Positions 63,865 through 64,000 of a stretch of DNA of 64,000 bases are shown here, piece after piece; positions within the stretch are counted from its first letter, which is position 1, and every line of letters begins with the position of its first letter. The notes beneath the pieces are model-generated. The model was not told the DNA's origin, searched no databases, and saw nothing but the letters and a program-made list of their open reading frames with translations. The position numbers and the translations under genes are program-made. The DNA comes from Camelus dromedarius (Eukaryota), in the NCBI RefSeq assembly GCF_036321535.1, contig NC_087436.1, positions 86,120,001-86,184,000 on the forward strand, read 5' to 3'.

Positions 63865-64000
63865 CGGCAGGGAAGAACTCGGAGGAGGGGGATGGGGGAG
63901 ACTTTGCAAAGTGTAGGTTTTGTTAATTTCGCGGGGAGGCCAGCCTCCTCCCCCTCTTTCTCCACGCTTTCCCGAGAAATCACAGAGCTGCATCCTCCAT

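Larger units (their letters stand above)
61850..64000. promoter_or_regulatory. CpG island over GSX2 promoter and gene body
   Basis: High GC and dense CpG compared with the CpG-depleted remainder of the window. Confidence 0.9.

Noticed and set aside
1..64000. CRISPR arrays, operons or other prokaryote-type systems
   Set aside because: The sequence is mammalian; no repeat-spacer array or gene cluster is present.

Overview
Mammalian genomic DNA, most likely camelid, judged from three tRNA-derived SINEs resembling the camelid vic-1 family. The only intact protein-coding gene is the homeobox gene GSX2 on the minus strand (two exons, 63534-62961 and 62267-61927, 304 aa), with a TATA-box CpG-island promoter and a poly(A) signal near 61372. 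The other ~61 kb is its 3' intergenic flank, which by known mammalian synteny (CHIC2-GSX2-PDGFRA) runs towards PDGFRA. The flank contains (i) a transposon-poor ~10 kb zone next to GSX2 with homeodomain/SOX/POU/TCF motif clusters, including a TAAT-N7-TAAT site of the Gsx2 homodimer type (a second lies at 36.2 kb); (ii) a decayed ~8.8 kb gamma-like (ERV1) provirus at 25290-34117 with nested insertions and very asymmetric LTRs, the 3' LTR being a CpG island with NRF1/YY1/E2F/Sp motifs; (iii) an orphan retrocopy with poly(A) tail and target-site duplication at 15.5-16.2 kb; (iv) a strong CTCF motif at 2.3 kb; and (v) ordinary L1, L2, MIR, MaLR/ERVL and DNA-transposon fossils. I see no new multi-gene system; the best leads are regulatory. 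Repeat family names come from recalled consensus sequences, not a database search, and boundaries of old repeats are approximate.
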